Source: Octopus sinensis
Taxonomy: Eukaryota
Assembly (NCBI RefSeq): GCF_006345805.1
Contig: NC_043018.1
Location: forward strand, 6,634,001-6,698,000
Length of the DNA: 64,000 nt
Reading direction: 5' to 3'
The notes beneath the pieces were generated by a model that did not search any database, was not told the origin of the DNA, and saw only the letters and a program-made list of their open reading frames with translations. The translations under genes and the position numbers were made by a program. Numbering within the stretch: the first letter of the stretch is position 1; each line of letters begins with the position of its first letter. Shown in pieces: positions 63,105 through 64,000 of the stretch.

Positions 63105-63905
63105 ATCATCATTATCATTGTTTAATGTCTTCTTTCCATGCTGGCATGGGTTGGACAGTTCAACTGAGGACTGGCAAGCCAGCTGGCTGCACCAGGCTCC
63201 AATCTGATCTGGCAGAGTTTCTACAGCTGGATGTCCTTCCTAATGCCAACCACTCCAAGAGTGTAGTAGGTGCTTTTATGTGCCACCGGCATGAGAGCGA
63301 TTCAGGTAGTCCTGGCGACAACCATGCTCAAATGGTGTTTTTTATGTGCCACCTGCACAAGTGCCAATCCAGCAGCACTGGCAACAACCTCCTCGAATGT
63401 TGTTTTTCACATGCCACCAGCACAAGTGCCAGTAAGGTGATGCTGGTAAAAATCATGCTCAAATGATGCTTTTCAAGTTCCACTGGCATGGGTGCCAGTC
63501 AAGCGGTCCTGTCATTGGCTATGTCAGTGAATTTGATTTTGATTTTGATTGTGATTTCACTTGCCTCAACAGGTCTTCGCAAGCAAAGTTTAGTCTCCAA
63601 CGAAAGGTACACATAAGTAGGCTGGTTACACCCCTGGCATAGGCCATGGGTTATGGCCTCACTTGGATTGCCAGGTCTTCTCAAGCACAGCATATTTCCA
63701 AAGGTCTTGGTCACTAGTCATTGCCTCAGTGAGGCCCAATGTTCGAAGGTCATGCTTTACCACCACATCTGGTGCTTCTGAGGTCCAACTTTTCTCTCAA
63801 GGCGCTTACACTCTGTTGTGTATGCACACTCACATTACACAACCAGCAGAGCATACTGGCTTCATTCTTTGCAAGCTTACATATGTCCTCAGCAGTCATG
63901 GCCCA
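63105..63905 (-). mobile_element. RTE LINE 3' fragment with UTR (family C)
   Basis: EASMLCWLCNVSVHTQQSVSALREKL (RTE post-RT region) followed by the family C UTR with about four diverged 67-bp units and a (CAT)n tail. Confidence 0.85.
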
Positions 63906-64000
63906 TGTTTCACTGTATATATATGTATATATATATATATAAATATGTATGTAGTGTATATAACACAACATATACATATATATATATAATATATATATAA

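Overview
AT-rich eukaryotic DNA, almost entirely repetitive. The SINE/LINE families and the dense (AT)n, (CA)n, (ATT)n, (CAT)n and (ACC)n microsatellites look like an octopus (cephalopod) genome; this is inferred from recalled repeat families, not a database search. There is no intact long CDS, and nearly every ORF in the supplied track is a microsatellite or SINE artefact. Supported content: several tRNA-derived SINE families in many copies; 5'-truncated RTE LINEs, including a TSD-bounded composite insertion with a 5' inversion at 2.2-3.3 kb; fragments of two groups of restriction-like-endonuclease (R4/Dong- and NeSL/HERO-like) non-LTR elements; mariner, DD37D/maT and piggyBac-like DNA transposon relics; a ~32-copy 198-bp satellite (11.5-17.8 kb) that arose at the inner junction of an inverted duplication of a telomere-like repeat; several long fold-back elements; and a 100-N gap. 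The most interesting signal is a set of unrelated short elements carrying minimal type-I hammerhead ribozyme cores of the Penelope/retrozyme kind (39.7, 41.6, 46.6/47.2, 58.6 and 62.5 kb), three of them inside inverted duplications. A few small minus-strand exon candidates with good splice sites suggest the window is mostly intronic to an unidentified gene, but this is tentative.
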